Source: Auanema rhodensis
Taxonomy: Eukaryota > Animalia > Nematoda
NCBI GenBank assembly: GCA_964057225.1
Contig: OZ059898.1
Location: forward strand, 1 to 64,000
Direction: 5' to 3'
DNA: 64,000 bases
The translations under genes were made by a program, and so were the position numbers. Of this stretch, positions 12,101-26,400 are shown in pieces. The first letter of the stretch is position 1; each line of letters opens with the position of its first letter. The notes under the pieces were generated by a model that saw only the letters and a program-made list of their open reading frames with translations, made no database searches and was not told the origin of the DNA.

Positions 12101-14608
12101 CCATGCACCAATATCAATAAAAATTTGTTTTTAGACTAATATGGACATGGGGAATCTAATTTTGAAAACCGCATCTCCTTATCTTTCATGTGAAGCGAGT
12201 TACATACCAAGTGCACATCACGTGTACATTTAATTAGCATAAATTAAAGTTCACGTAAAATTCAAAGTCATGGTTACCATGAACCAATATCAATAAAAAT
12301 TTGTTTTTAGACTAATATGGACATGGGGAATCTAATTTTGAAAACCGCATCTCTTTATCTTTCACGTGAAGCGAGTTACATACCAAGTGCACATCACGTG
12401 TACATTTAATTAGCATAAATTAAAGTTCACGTAAATTTCAAAGTCATGGTTACCATGAACCAATATCAATAAAAATTTGTTTTTAGACTAATATGGACAT
12501 GGGGAATCTATTTTTGAAAACCGCATCTCTTTATCTTTCACGTGAAGCGAGTTACATACCAAGTGCACATCACGTGTACATTTAATTAGCATAAATTAAA
12601 GTTCACGTAAATTTCAAAGTCATGGTTACCATGAACCAATATCAATAAAAATTTGTTTTTAGACTAATATGGACATGGGGAATCTAATTTTGAAAACCGC
12701 ATTTCTTTATCTTTCACGTGAAGCGAGTTACATACCAAGTGCACATCACGTGTACATTTAATTAGCATAAATTAAAGTTCACGTAAAATTCAAAGTCATG
12801 GTTACCATGAACCAATATCAATAAAAATTTGTTTTTAGACTAATATGGACATGGGGAATCTAATTTTGAAAACCGCATCTCTTTATCTTTCACGTGAAGC
12901 GAGCTACATACCAAGTGCACATCACGTGTACATTTAATTAGCATAAATTAAAGTTCACGTAAATTTCAAAGTCATGGTTACCATGAAGCAATATCAATAA
13001 AAATTTGTTTTTAGACTAATATGGACATGGGGAATCTAATTTTGAAAACCGCATCTCTTTATCTTTCACGTGAAGCGAGTTACATACCAAGTGCACATCA
13101 CGTGTACATTTAATTAGCATAAATTAAAGTTCACGTAAATTTCAAAGTCATGGTTACCATGAACCAATATCAATAAAAATTAGTTTTTAGACTAATATGG
13201 ACATGGGGAATCTAATTTTGAAAACCGCCTTTCTTTATCTTTCACGTGAAGCGAGTTACATACCAAGTGCACATCACGTGTACATTTAATTAGCATAAAT
13301 TAAAGTTCACGTAAAATTCAAAGTCATGGTTACCATGAACCAATATCAATAAAAATTTGTTTTTAGACTAATATGGACATGGGGAATCTAATTTTGAAAA
13401 CCGCATCTCTTTATCTTTCACGTGAAGCGAGTTACATACCAAGTGCACATCACGTGTACATTTAATTAGCATAAATTAAAGTTCACGTAAATTTCAAAGT
13501 CATGGTTACCATGAAGCAATATCAATAAAAATTTGTTTTTAGACTAATATGGACATGGGGAATCTAATTTTGAAAACCGCATCTCTTTATCTTTCACGTG
13601 AAGCGAGTTACATACCAAGTGCACATCACGTGTACATTTAATTAGCATTAATTAAAGTTCACGTAAATTTCAAAGTCATGGTTACCATGAACCAATATCA
13701 ATAAAAATTTGTTTTTAGACTAATATGGACATGGGGAATCTAATTTTGAAAACCGCATCTCATTATCTTTCACGTGAAGCGAATTACATACCAAGTGCAC
13801 ATCACGTGTACATTTAATTAGCATAAATTAAAGTTCACGTAAATTTCAAAGTCATGGTTACCATGCACCAATATCAATAAAAATTTGTTTTTAGACTAAT
13901 ATGGACATGGGGAATCTAATTTTGAAAACCGCATCTCTTTATCTTTCACGTGAAGCGAGTTACATACCAAGTGCACATCACGTGTACATTTAATTAGCAT
14001 AAATTAAAGTTCACGTAAATTTCAAAGTCATGGTTACCATGAACCAATATCAATAAAAATTTGTTTTTAGACTAATATGGACATGGGGAATCTAATTTTG
14101 AAAACCGCATTTCTTTATCTTTCACGTGAAGCGAGTTACATACCAAGTGCACATCACGTGTACATTTAATTAGCATAAATTAAAGTTCACGTAAAATTCA
14201 AAGTCATGGTTACCATGAACCAATATCAATAAAAATTTAATTTTAGACTAATATGGACATGGGGAATCTAATTTTGAAAACCGCATCTCTTTATCTTTCA
14301 CGTGAAGCGAGTTACATACCAAGTGCACATCACGTGTACATTTAATTAGCATAAATTAAAGTTCACGTAAATTTCAAAGTCATGGTTACCATGAACCAAT
14401 ATCAATAAAAATTAGTTTTTAGACTAATATGGACATGGGGAATCTAATTTTGAAAACCGCATTTCTTTATCTTTCACGTGAAGCGAGTTACATACCAAGT
14501 GCACATCACGTGTACATTTAATTAGCATAAATTAAAGTTCACGTAAATTTCAAAGTCATGGTTACCATGAACCAATATCAATAAAAATTTGTTTTTAGAC
14601 TAATATGG

Positions 14609-17600
14609 ACATGGGGAATCTAATTTTGAAAACCGCATTTCTTTATCTTTCAAGTGAAGCGAGTTACATACCAAGTGCACATCACGTGTACATTTAATTA
14701 GCATAAATTAAAGTTCACGTAAATTTCAAAGTCATGGTTACCATGAACCAATATCAATAAAAATTAGTTTTTAGACTAATATGGACATGGGGAATCTAAT
14801 TTTGAAAACCGCCTTTCTTTATCTTTCACGTGAAGCGAGTTACATACCAAGTGCACATCACGTGTACATTTAATTAGCATAAATTAAAGTTCACGTAAAA
14901 TTCAAAGTCATGGTTACCATGAAGCAATATCAATAAAAATTAGTTTTTAGACTAATATGGACATGGGGAATCTAATTTTGAAAACCGCATTTCTTTATCT
15001 TTCACGTGAAGCGAGTTACATACCAAGTGCACATCACGTGTACATTTAATTAGCATAAATTAAAGTTCACGTAAAATTCAAAGTCATTGTTACCATGAAC
15101 CAATATCAATAAAAATTTGTTTTTAGACTAATATGGACATGGGGAATCTAATTTTGAAAACCGCATCTCTTTATCTTTCACGTGAAGCGAGTTACATACC
15201 AAGTGCACATCACGTGTACATTTAATTAGCATAAATTAAAGTTCACGTAAATTTCAAAGTCATGGTTACCATGAAGCAATATCAATAAAAATTTGTTTTT
15301 AGACTAATATGGACATGGGGAATCTAATTTTGAAAACCGCATTTCTTTATCTTTCAAGTGAAGCGAGTTACATACCAAGTGCACATCACGTGTACATTTA
15401 ATTAGCATAAATTAAAGTTCACGTAAATTTCAAAGTCATGGTTACCATGAACCAATATCAATAAAAATTTAATTTTAGACTAATATGGACATGGGGAATC
15501 TAATTTTGAAAACCGCATCTCTTTATCTTTCACGTGAAGCGAGTTACATACCAAGTGCACATCACGTGTACATTTAATTAGCATAAATTAAAGTTCACGT
15601 AAATTTCAAAGTCATGGTTACCATGAACCAATATCAATAAAAATTAGTTTTTAGACTAATATGGACATGGGGAATCTAATTTTGAAAACCGCATTTCTTT
15701 ATCTTTCACGTGAAGCGAGTTACATACCAAGTGCACATCACGTGTACATTTAATTAGCATAAATTAAAGTTCACGTAAAATTCAAAGTCATGGTTACCAC
15801 GAACCAATATCAATAAAAATTTAATTTTAGACTAATATGGACATGGGGAATCTAATTTTGAAAACCGCATCTCTTTATCTTTCACGTGAAGCGAGTTACA
15901 TACCAAGTGCACATCACGTGTACATTTAATTAGCATAAATTAAAGTTCACGTAAATTTCAAAGTCATGGTTACCATGAACCAATATCAATAAAAATTTGT
16001 TTTTAGACTAATATGGACATGGGGAATCTAATTTTGAAAACCGCATTTCTTTATCTTTCAAGTGAAGCGAGTTACATACCAAGTGCACATCACGTGTACA
16101 TTTAATTAGCATAAATTAAAGTTCACGTAAATTTCAAAGTCATGGTTACCATGAACCAATATCAATAAAAATTAGTTTTTAGACTAATATGGACATGGGG
16201 AATCTAATTTTGAAAACCGCCTTTCTTTATCTTTCACGTGAAGCGAGTTACATACCAAGTGCACATCACGTGTACATTTAATTAGCATAAATTAAAGTTC
16301 ACGTAAAATTCAAAGTCATGGTTACCATGAAGCAATATCAATAAAAATTAGTTTTTAGACTAATATGGACATGGGGAATCTAATTTTGAAAACCGCATTT
16401 CTTTATCTTTCACGTGAAGCGAGTTACATACCAAGTGCACATCACGTGTACATTTAATTAGCATAAATTAAAGTTCACGTAAAATTCAAAGTCATTGTTA
16501 CCATGAACCAATATCAATAAAAATTTGTTTTTAGACTAATATGGACATGGGGAATCTAATTTTGAAAACCGCATCTCTTTATCTTTCACGTGAAGCGAGT
16601 TACATACCAAGTGCACATCACGTGTACATTTAATTAGCATAAATTAAAGTTCACGTAAATTTCAAAGTCATGGTTACCATGAAGCAATATCAATAAAAAT
16701 TTGTTTTTAGACTAATATGGACATGGGGAATCTAATTTTGAAAACCGCATTTCTTTATCTTTCAAGTGAAGCGAGTTACATACCAAGTGCACATCACGTG
16801 TACATTTAATTAGCATAAATTAAAGTTCACGTAAATTTCAAAGTCATGGTTACCATGAACCAATATCAATAAAAATTTAATTTTAGACTAATATGGACAT
16901 GGGGAATCTAATTTTGAAAACCGCATCTCTTTATCTTTCACGTGAAGCGAGTTACATACCAAGTGCACATCACGTGTACATTTAATTAGCATAAATTAAA
17001 GTTCACGTAAATTTCAAAGTCATGGTTACCATGAACCAATATCAATAAAAATTAGTTTTTAGACTAATATGGACATGGGGAATCTAATTTTGAAAACCGC
17101 ATTTCTTTATCTTTCACGTGAAGCGAGTTACATACCAAGTGCACATCACGTGTACATTTAATTAGCATAAATTAAAGTTCACGTAAAATTCAAAGTCATG
17201 GTTACCACGAACCAATATCAATAAAAATTTAATTTTAGACTAATATGGACATGGGGAATCTAATTTTGAAAACCGCATCTCTTTATCTTTCACGTGAAGC
17301 GAGTTACATACCAAGTGCACATCACGTGTACATTTAATTAGCATAAATTAAAGTTCACGTAAATTTCAAAGTCATGGTTACCATGAACCAATATCAATAA
17401 AAATTTGTTTTTAGACTAATATGGACATGGGGAATCTAATTTTGAAAACCGCATTTCTTAATCTTTCAAGTGAAGCGAGTTACATACCAAGTGCACATCA
17501 CGTGTACATTTAATTAGCATAAATTAAAGTTCACGTAAATTTCAAAGTCATGGTTACCATGAACCAATATCAATAAAAATTAGTTTTTAGACTAATATGG

Positions 17601-17952
17601 ACATGGGGAATCTAATTTTGAAAACCGCCTTTCTTTATCTTTCACGTGAAGCGAGTTACATACCAAGTGCACATCACGTGTACATTTAATTAGCATAAAT
17701 TAAAGTTCACGTAAAATTCAAAGTCATGGTTACCATGAAGCAATATCAATAAAAATTAGTTTTTAGACTAATATGGACATGGGGAATCTAATTTTGAAAA
17801 CCGCATTTCTTTATCTTTCACGTGAAGCGAGTTACATACCAAGTGCACATCACGTGTACATTTAATTAGCATAAATTAAAGTTCACGTAAAATTCAAAGT
17901 CATGGTTACCATGAACCAATATCAATAAAAATTTGTTTTTAGACTAATATGG
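14609..17952. repeat. 8-monomer (1408 bp) higher-order repeat, about 2.4 copies, with an internal 4-monomer period
   Basis: C45A (TTCAAGTGAA) at 14653, 15357, 16061, 16765 and 17469 (every 704 bp). CCGCCTTTC at about 14813/16221/17629, GTCATTGTT at about 15088/16496 and CCACGAAC at about 15800/17208 (every 1408 bp). Confidence 0.9.
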
Positions 17953-20416
17953 ACATGGGGAATCTAATTTTGAAAACCGCATCTCTTTATCTTTCACGTG
18001 AAGCGAGTTACATACCAAGTGCACATCACGTGTACATTTAATTAGCATAAATTAAAGTTCACGTAAATTTCAAAGTCATGGTTACCATGAAGCAATATCA
18101 ATAAAAATTTGTTTTTAGATTAATATGGACATGGGGAATCTAATTTTGAAAACCGCATCTCTTTATCTTTCACGTGAAGCGAGTTACATACCAAGTGCAC
18201 ATCACGTGTACATTTAATTAGCATTAATTAAAGTTCACGTAAATTTCAAAGTCATGGTTACCATGAACCAATATCAATAAAAATTTGTTTTTAGACTAAT
18301 ATGGACATGGGGAATCTAATTTTGAAAACCGCATCTCTTTATCTTTCACGTGAAGCGAATTACATACCAAGTGCACATCACGTGTACATTTAATTAGCAT
18401 AAATTAAAGTTCACGTAAATTTCAAAGTCATGGTTACCATGCACCAATATCAATAAAAATTTGTTTTTAGACTAATATGGACATGGGGAATCTAATTTTG
18501 AAAACCGCATCTCTTTATCTTTCACGTGAAGCGAGTTACATACCAAGTGCACATCACGTGTACATTTAATTAGCATAAATTAAAGTTCACGTAAATTTCA
18601 AAGTCATGGTTACCATGAACCAATATCAATAAAAATTTGTTTTCAGACTAATATGGACATGGGGAATCTAATTTTGAAAACCGCATCTCTTTATCTTTCA
18701 CGTGAAGCGAGTTACATACCAAGTGCACATCACGTGTACATTTAATTAGCATAAATTAAAGTTCACGTAAATTTCAAAGTCATGGTTACCATGCACCAAT
18801 ATCAATAAAAATTTGTTTTTAGACTAATATGGACATGGGAAATCTAATTTTGAAAACCGCATCTCTTTATCTTTCACGTGAAGCGAGTTACATACCAAGT
18901 GCACATCACGTGTACATTTAATTAGCATAAATTAAAGTTCACGTAAATTTCAAAGTCATGGTTACCATGAAGCAATATCAATAAAAATTTGTTTTTAGAC
19001 TAATATGGACATGGGGAATCTAATTTTGAAAACCGCATCTCTTTATCTTTCACGTGAAGCGAGTTACATACCAAGTGCACATCACGTGTACATTTAATTA
19101 GCATAAATTAAAGTTCACGTAAATTTCAAAGTCATGGTTACCATGAAGCAATATCAATAAAAATTTGTTTTTAGACTAATATGGACATGGGGAATCTAAT
19201 TTTGAAAACCGCATCTCTTTATCTTTCACGTGAAGCGAGTTACATACCAAGTGCACATCACGTGTACATTTAATTAGCATTAATTAAAGTTCACGTAAAT
19301 TTCAAAGTCATGGTTACCATGAACCAATATCAATAAAAATTTGTTTTTAGACTAATATGGACATGGGGAATCTAATTTTGGAAACCGCATTTCTTTATCT
19401 TTCACGTGAAGCGAGTTACATACCAAGTGCACATCACGTGTACATTTAATAAGCATAAATTAAAGTTCACGTAAATTTCAAAGTCATGGTTACCATGCAC
19501 CAATATCAATAAAAATTTGTTTTTAGACTAATATGGACATGGGGAATCTAATTTTGAGAACCGCATCTCTTTATCTTTCACGTGAAGCGAGTTACATACC
19601 AAGTGCACATCACGTGTACATTTAATTAGCATAAATTAAAGTTCACGTAAATTTCAAAGTCATGGTTACCATGCACCAATATCAATAAAAATTTGTTTTT
19701 AGACTAATATGGACATGGGGAATCTAATTTTGAAAACCGCATCTCTTTATCTTTCACGTGAAGCGAGTTACATACCAAGTGCACATCACGTGTACATTTA
19801 ATTAGCATAAATTAAAGTTCACGTAAATTTCAAAGTCATGGTTACCATGAACCAATATCAATAAAAATTTGTTTTTAGACTAATATGGACATGGGGAATC
19901 TAATTTTGAAAACCGCATCTCTTTATCTTTCACGTGAAGCGAGTTACATACCGAGTGCACATCACGTGTACATTTAATTAGCATAAATTAAAGTTCACGT
20001 AAATTTCAAAGTCATGGTTACCATGCACCAATATCAATAAAAATTTGTTTTTAGACTAATATGGACATGGGGAATCTAATTTTGAAAACCGCATCTCTTT
20101 ATCTTTCACGTGAAGCGAGTTACATACCAAGTGCACATCACGTGTACATTTAATTAGCATAAATTAAAGTTCACGTAAATTTCAAAGTCATGGTTACCAT
20201 GCACCAATATCAATAAAAATTTGTTTTTAGACTAATATGGACATGGGGAATCTAATTTTGAAAACCGCATCTCTTTATCTTTCACGTGAAGCGAGTTACA
20301 TACCAAGTGCACATCACGTGTACATTTAATTAGCATAAATTAAAGTTCACGTAAATTTCAAAGTCATGGTTACCATGAACCAATATCAATAAAAATTTGT
20401 TTTTAGACTAATATGG

Positions 20417-23400
20417 ACATGGGGAATCTAATTTTGAAAACCGCATCTCTTCATCTTTCACGTGAAGCGAGTTACATACCAAGTGCACATCACGTGTACA
20501 TTTAATTAGCATAAATTAAAGTTCACGTAAATTTCAAAGTCATGGTTACCATGCACCAATATCAATAAAAATTTGTTTTTAGACTAATATGGACATGGGG
20601 AATCTAATTTTGAAAACCGAATCTCTTTATCTTTCACGTGAAGCGAGTTACATACCAAGTGCACATCACGTGTACATTTAATTAGCATAAATTAAAGTTC
20701 ACGTAAATTTCAAAGTCATGGTTACCATGAAGCAATATCAATAAAAATTTGTTTTTAGACTAATATGGACATGGGGAATCTAATTTTGAAAACCGCATCT
20801 CTTTATCTTTCACGTGAAGCGAGTTACATACCAAGTGCACATCACGTGTACATTTAATTAGCATAAATTAAAGTTCACGTAAATTTCAAAGTCATGGTTA
20901 CCATGAAGCAATATCAATAAGAATTTGTTTTTAGACTAATATGGACATGGGGAATCTAATTTTGAAAACCGCATCTCTTTATCTTTCACGTGAAGCGAGT
21001 TACATACCAAGTGCACATCACGTGTACATTTAATAAGCATAAATTAAAGTTCACGTAAATTTCAAAGTCATGGTTACCATGAACCAATATCAATAAAAAT
21101 TTGTTTTTAGACTAATATGGACATGAGGAATCTAATTTTGAAAACCGCATTTCTTTATCTTTCACGTGAAGCGAGTTACATACCAAGTGCACATCACGTG
21201 TACATTTAATTAGCATAAATTAAAGTTCACGTAAATTTCAAAGTCATGGTTACCATGAAGCAATATCAATAAAAATTTGTTTTTAGACTAATATGGACAT
21301 GGGGAATCTAATTTTGAAAACCGCATCTCTTTATCTTTCACGTGAAGCGAGTTACATACCAAGTGCACATCACGTGTACATTTAATTAGCATAAATTAAA
21401 GTTCACGTAAATTTCAAAGTCATGGTTACCATGAAGCAATATCAATAAAAATTTGTTTTTAGACTAATATGGACATGGGGAATCTAATTTTGAAAACCGC
21501 ATCTCTTTATCTTTCACGTGAAGCGAGTTACATACCAAGTGCACATCACGTGTACATTTAATTAGCATAAATTAAAGTTCACGTAAATTTCAAAGTCATG
21601 GTTACCATGAACCAATATCAATAAAAATTTGTTTTTAGACTAATATGGACATGAGGAATCTAATTTTGAAAACCGCATTTCTTTATCTTTCACGTGAAGC
21701 GAGTTACATACCAAGTGCACATCACGTGTACATTTAATTAGCATAAATTAAAGTTCACGTAAATTTCAAAGTCATGGTTACCATGAAGCAATATCAATAA
21801 AAATTTGTTTTTAGACTAATATGGACATGGGGAATCTAATTTTGAAAACCACATCTCTTTATCTTTCACGTGAAGCGAGTTACATACCAAGTGCACATCA
21901 CGTGTACATTTAATTAGCATAAATTAAAGTTCACGTAAATTTCAAAGTCATGGTTACCATGAACCAATATCAATAAAAATTTGTTTTTAGACTAATATGG
22001 ACATGGGGAATCTAATTTTGAAAACCGCATCTCTTTATCTTTCACGTGAAGCGAGTTACATACCAAGTGCACATCACGTGTACATTTAATTAGCATAAAT
22101 TAAAGTTCACGTAAATTTCAAAGTCATGGTTACCATGAACCAATATCAATAAAAATTTGTTTTTAGACTAATATGGACATGGGGAATCTAATTTTGAAAA
22201 CCGCATCTCTTTATCTTTCACGTGAAGCGAGTTACATACCAAGTGCACATCACGTGTACATTTAATTAGCATAAATTAAAGTTCACGTAAATTTCAAAGT
22301 CATGGTTACCATGCACCAATATCAATAAAAATTTGTTTTTAGACTAATATGGACATGGGGAATCTAATTTTGAAAACCGCATCTCTTTATCTTTCACGTG
22401 AAGCGAGTTACATACCAAGTGCACATCACGTGTACATTTAATTAGCATAAATTAAAGTTCACGTAAATTTCAAAGTCATGGTTACCATGAACCAATATCA
22501 ATAAAAATTTGTTTTTAGACTAATATGGACATGGGGAATCTAATTTTGAAAACCGCATCTCTTCATCTTTCACGTGAAGCGAGTTACATACCAAGTGCAC
22601 ATCACGTGTACATTTAATTAGCATAAATTAAAGTTCACGTAAATTTCAAAGTCATGGTTACCATGAACCAATATCAATAAAAATTTGTTTTTAGACTAAT
22701 ATGGACATGGGGAATCTAATTTTGAAAACCGCATCTCTTTATCTTTCACGTGAAGCGAGTTACATACCAAGTGCACATCACGTGTACATTTAATTAGCAT
22801 AAATTAAAGTTCACGTAAATTTCAAAGTCATGGTTACCATGCACCAATATCAATAAAAATTTGTTTTTAGACTAATATGGACATGGGGAATCTAATTTTG
22901 AAAACCGCATCTCTTTATCTTTCACGTGAAGCGAGTTACATACCAAGTGCACATCACGTGTACATTTAATTAGCATAAATTAAAGTTCACGTAAATTTCA
23001 AAGTCATGGTTACCATGAACCAATATCAATAAAAATTTGTTTTTAGACTAATATGGACATGGGGAATCTAATTTTGAAAACCGCATCTCTTCATCTTTCA
23101 CGTGAAGCGAGTTACATACCAAGTGCACATCACGTGTACATTTAATTAGCATAAATTAAAGTTCACGTAAATTTCAAAGTCATGGTTACCATGCACCAAT
23201 ATCAATAAAAATTTGTTTTTAGACTAATATGGACATGGGGAATCTAATTTTGAAAACCGAATCTCTTTATCTTTCACGTGAAGCGAGTTACATACCAAGT
23301 GCACATCACGTGTACATTTAATAAGCATAAATTAAAGTTCACGTAAATTTCAAAGTCATGGTTACCATGAACCAATATCAATAAAAATTTGTTTTTAGAC

Positions 23401-26400
23401 TAATATGGACATGGGGAATCTAATTTTGAAAACCGCATCTCTTTATCTTTCACGTGAAGCGAGTTACATACCAAGTGCACATCACGTGTACATTTAATTA
23501 GCATAAATTAAAGTTCACGTAAATTTCAAAGTCATGGTTACCATGAACCAATATCAATAAAAATTTGTTTTTAGACTAATATGGACATGGGGAATCTAAT
23601 TTTGAAAACCGCATCTCTTTATCTTTCACGTGAAGCGAGTTACATACCAAGTGCACATCACGTGTACATTTAATTAGCATAAATTAAAGTTCACGTAAAT
23701 TTCAAAGTCATGGTTACCATGCACCAATATCAATAAAAATTTGTTTTTAGACTAATATGGACATGGGGAATCTAATTTTGAAAACCGCATCTCTTTATCT
23801 TTCACGTGAAGCGAGTTACATACCAAGTGCACATCACGTGTACATTTAATTAGCATAAATTAAAGTTCACGTAAATTTCAAAGTCATGGTTACCATGAAC
23901 CAATATCAATAAAAATTTGTTTTTAGACTAATATGGACATGGGGAATCTAATTTTGAAAACCGCATCTCTTCATCTTTCACGTGAAGCGAGTTACATACC
24001 AAGTGCACATCACGTGTACATTTAATTAGCATAAATTAAAGTTCACGTAAATTTCAAAGTCATGGTTACCATGAACCAATATCAATAAAAATTTGTTTTT
24101 AGACTAATATGGACATGGGGAATCTAATTTTGAAAACCGCATCTCTTTATCTTTCACGTGAAGCGAGTTACATACCAAGTGCACATCACGTGTACATTTA
24201 ATTAGCATAAATTAAAGTTCACGTAAATTTCAAAGTCATGGTTACCATGCACCAATATCAATAAAAATTTGTTTTTAGACTAATATGGACATGGGGAATC
24301 TAATTTTGAAAACCGCATCTCTTTATCTTTCACGTGAAGCGAGTTACATACCAAGTGCACATCACGTGTACATTTAATTAGCATAAATTAAAGTTCACGT
24401 AAATTTCAAAGTCATGGTTACCATGAACCAATATCAATAAAAATTTGTTTTTAGACTAATATGGACATGGGGAATCTAATTTTGAAAACCGCATCTCTTC
24501 ATCTTTCACGTGAAGCGAGTTACATACCAAGTGCACATCACGTGTACATTTAATTAGCATAAATTAAAGTTCACGTAAATTTCAAAGTCATGGTTACCAT
24601 GCACCAATATCAATAAAAATTTGTTTTTAGACTAATATGGACATGGGGAATCTAATTTTGAAAACCGAATCTCTTTATCTTTCACGTGAAGCGAGTTACA
24701 TACCAAGTGCACATCACGTGTACATTTAATTAGCATAAATTAAAGTTCACGTAAATTTCAAAGTCATGGTTACCATGAAGCAATATCAATAAAAATTTGT
24801 TTTTAGACTAATATGGACATGGGGAATCTAATTTTGAAAACCGCATCTCTTTATCTTTCACGTGAAGCGAGTTACATACCAAGTGCACATCACGTGTACA
24901 TTTAATTAGCATAAATTAAAGTTCACGTAAATTTCAAAGTCATGGTTACCATGAAGCAATATCAATAAGAATTTGTTTTTAGACTAATATGGACATGGGG
25001 AATCTAATTTTGAAAACCGCATCTCTTTATCTTTCACGTGAAGCGAGTTACATACCAAGTGCACATCACGTGTACATTTAATAAGCATAAATTAAAGTTC
25101 ACGTAAATTTCAAAGTCATGGTTACCATGAACCAATATCAATAAAAATTTGTTTTTAGACTAATATGGACATGAGGAATCTAATTTTGAAAACCGCATTT
25201 CTTTATCTTTCACGTGAAGCGAGTTACATACCAAGTGCACATCACGTGTACATTTAATTAGCATAAATTAAAGTTCACGTAAATTTCAAAGTCATGGTTA
25301 CCATGAAGCAATATCAATAAAAATTTGTTTTTAGACTAATATGGACATGGGGAATCTAATTTTGAAAACCGCATCTCTTTATCTTTCACGTGAAGCGAGT
25401 TACATACCAAGTGCACATCACGTGTACATTTAATTAGCATAAATTAAAGTTCACGTAAATTTCAAAGTCATGGTTACCATGAAGCAATATCAATAAAAAT
25501 TTGTTTTTAGACTAATATGGACATGGGGAATCTAATTTTGAAAACCGCATCTCTTTATCTTTCACGTGAAGCGAGTTACATACCAAGTGCACATCACGTG
25601 TACATTTAATTAGCATAAATTAAAGTTCACGTAAATTTCAAAGTCATGGTTACCATGAACCAATATCAATAAAAATTTGTTTTTAGACTAATATGGACAT
25701 GAGGAATCTAATTTTGAAAACCGCATTTCTTTATCTTTCACGTGAAGCGAGTTACATACCAAGTGCACATCACGTGTACATTTAATTAGCATAAATTAAA
25801 GTTCACGTAAATTTCAAAGTCATGGTTACCATGAAGCAATATCAATAAAAATTTGTTTTTAGACTAATATGGACATGGGGAATCTAATTTTGAAAACCAC
25901 ATCTCTTTATCTTTCACGTGAAGCGAGTTACATACCAAGTGCACATCACGTGTACATTTAATTAGCATAAATTAAAGTTCACGTAAATTTCAAAGTCATG
26001 GTTACCATGAACCAATATCAATAAAAATTTGTTTTTAGACTAATATGGACATGGGGAATCTAATTTTGAAAACCGCATCTCTTTATCTTTCACGTGAAGC
26101 GAGTTACATACCAAGTGCACATCACGTGTACATTTAATTAGCATAAATTAAAGTTCACGTAAATTTCAAAGTCATGGTTACCATGAACCAATATCAATAA
26201 AAATTTGTTTTTAGACTAATATGGACATGGGGAATCTAATTTTGAAAACCGCATCTCTTTATCTTTCACGTGAAGCGAGTTACATACCAAGTGCACATCA
26301 CGTGTACATTTAATTAGCATAAATTAAAGTTCACGTAAATTTCAAAGTCATGGTTACCATGCACCAATATCAATAAAAATTTGTTTTTAGACTAATATGG

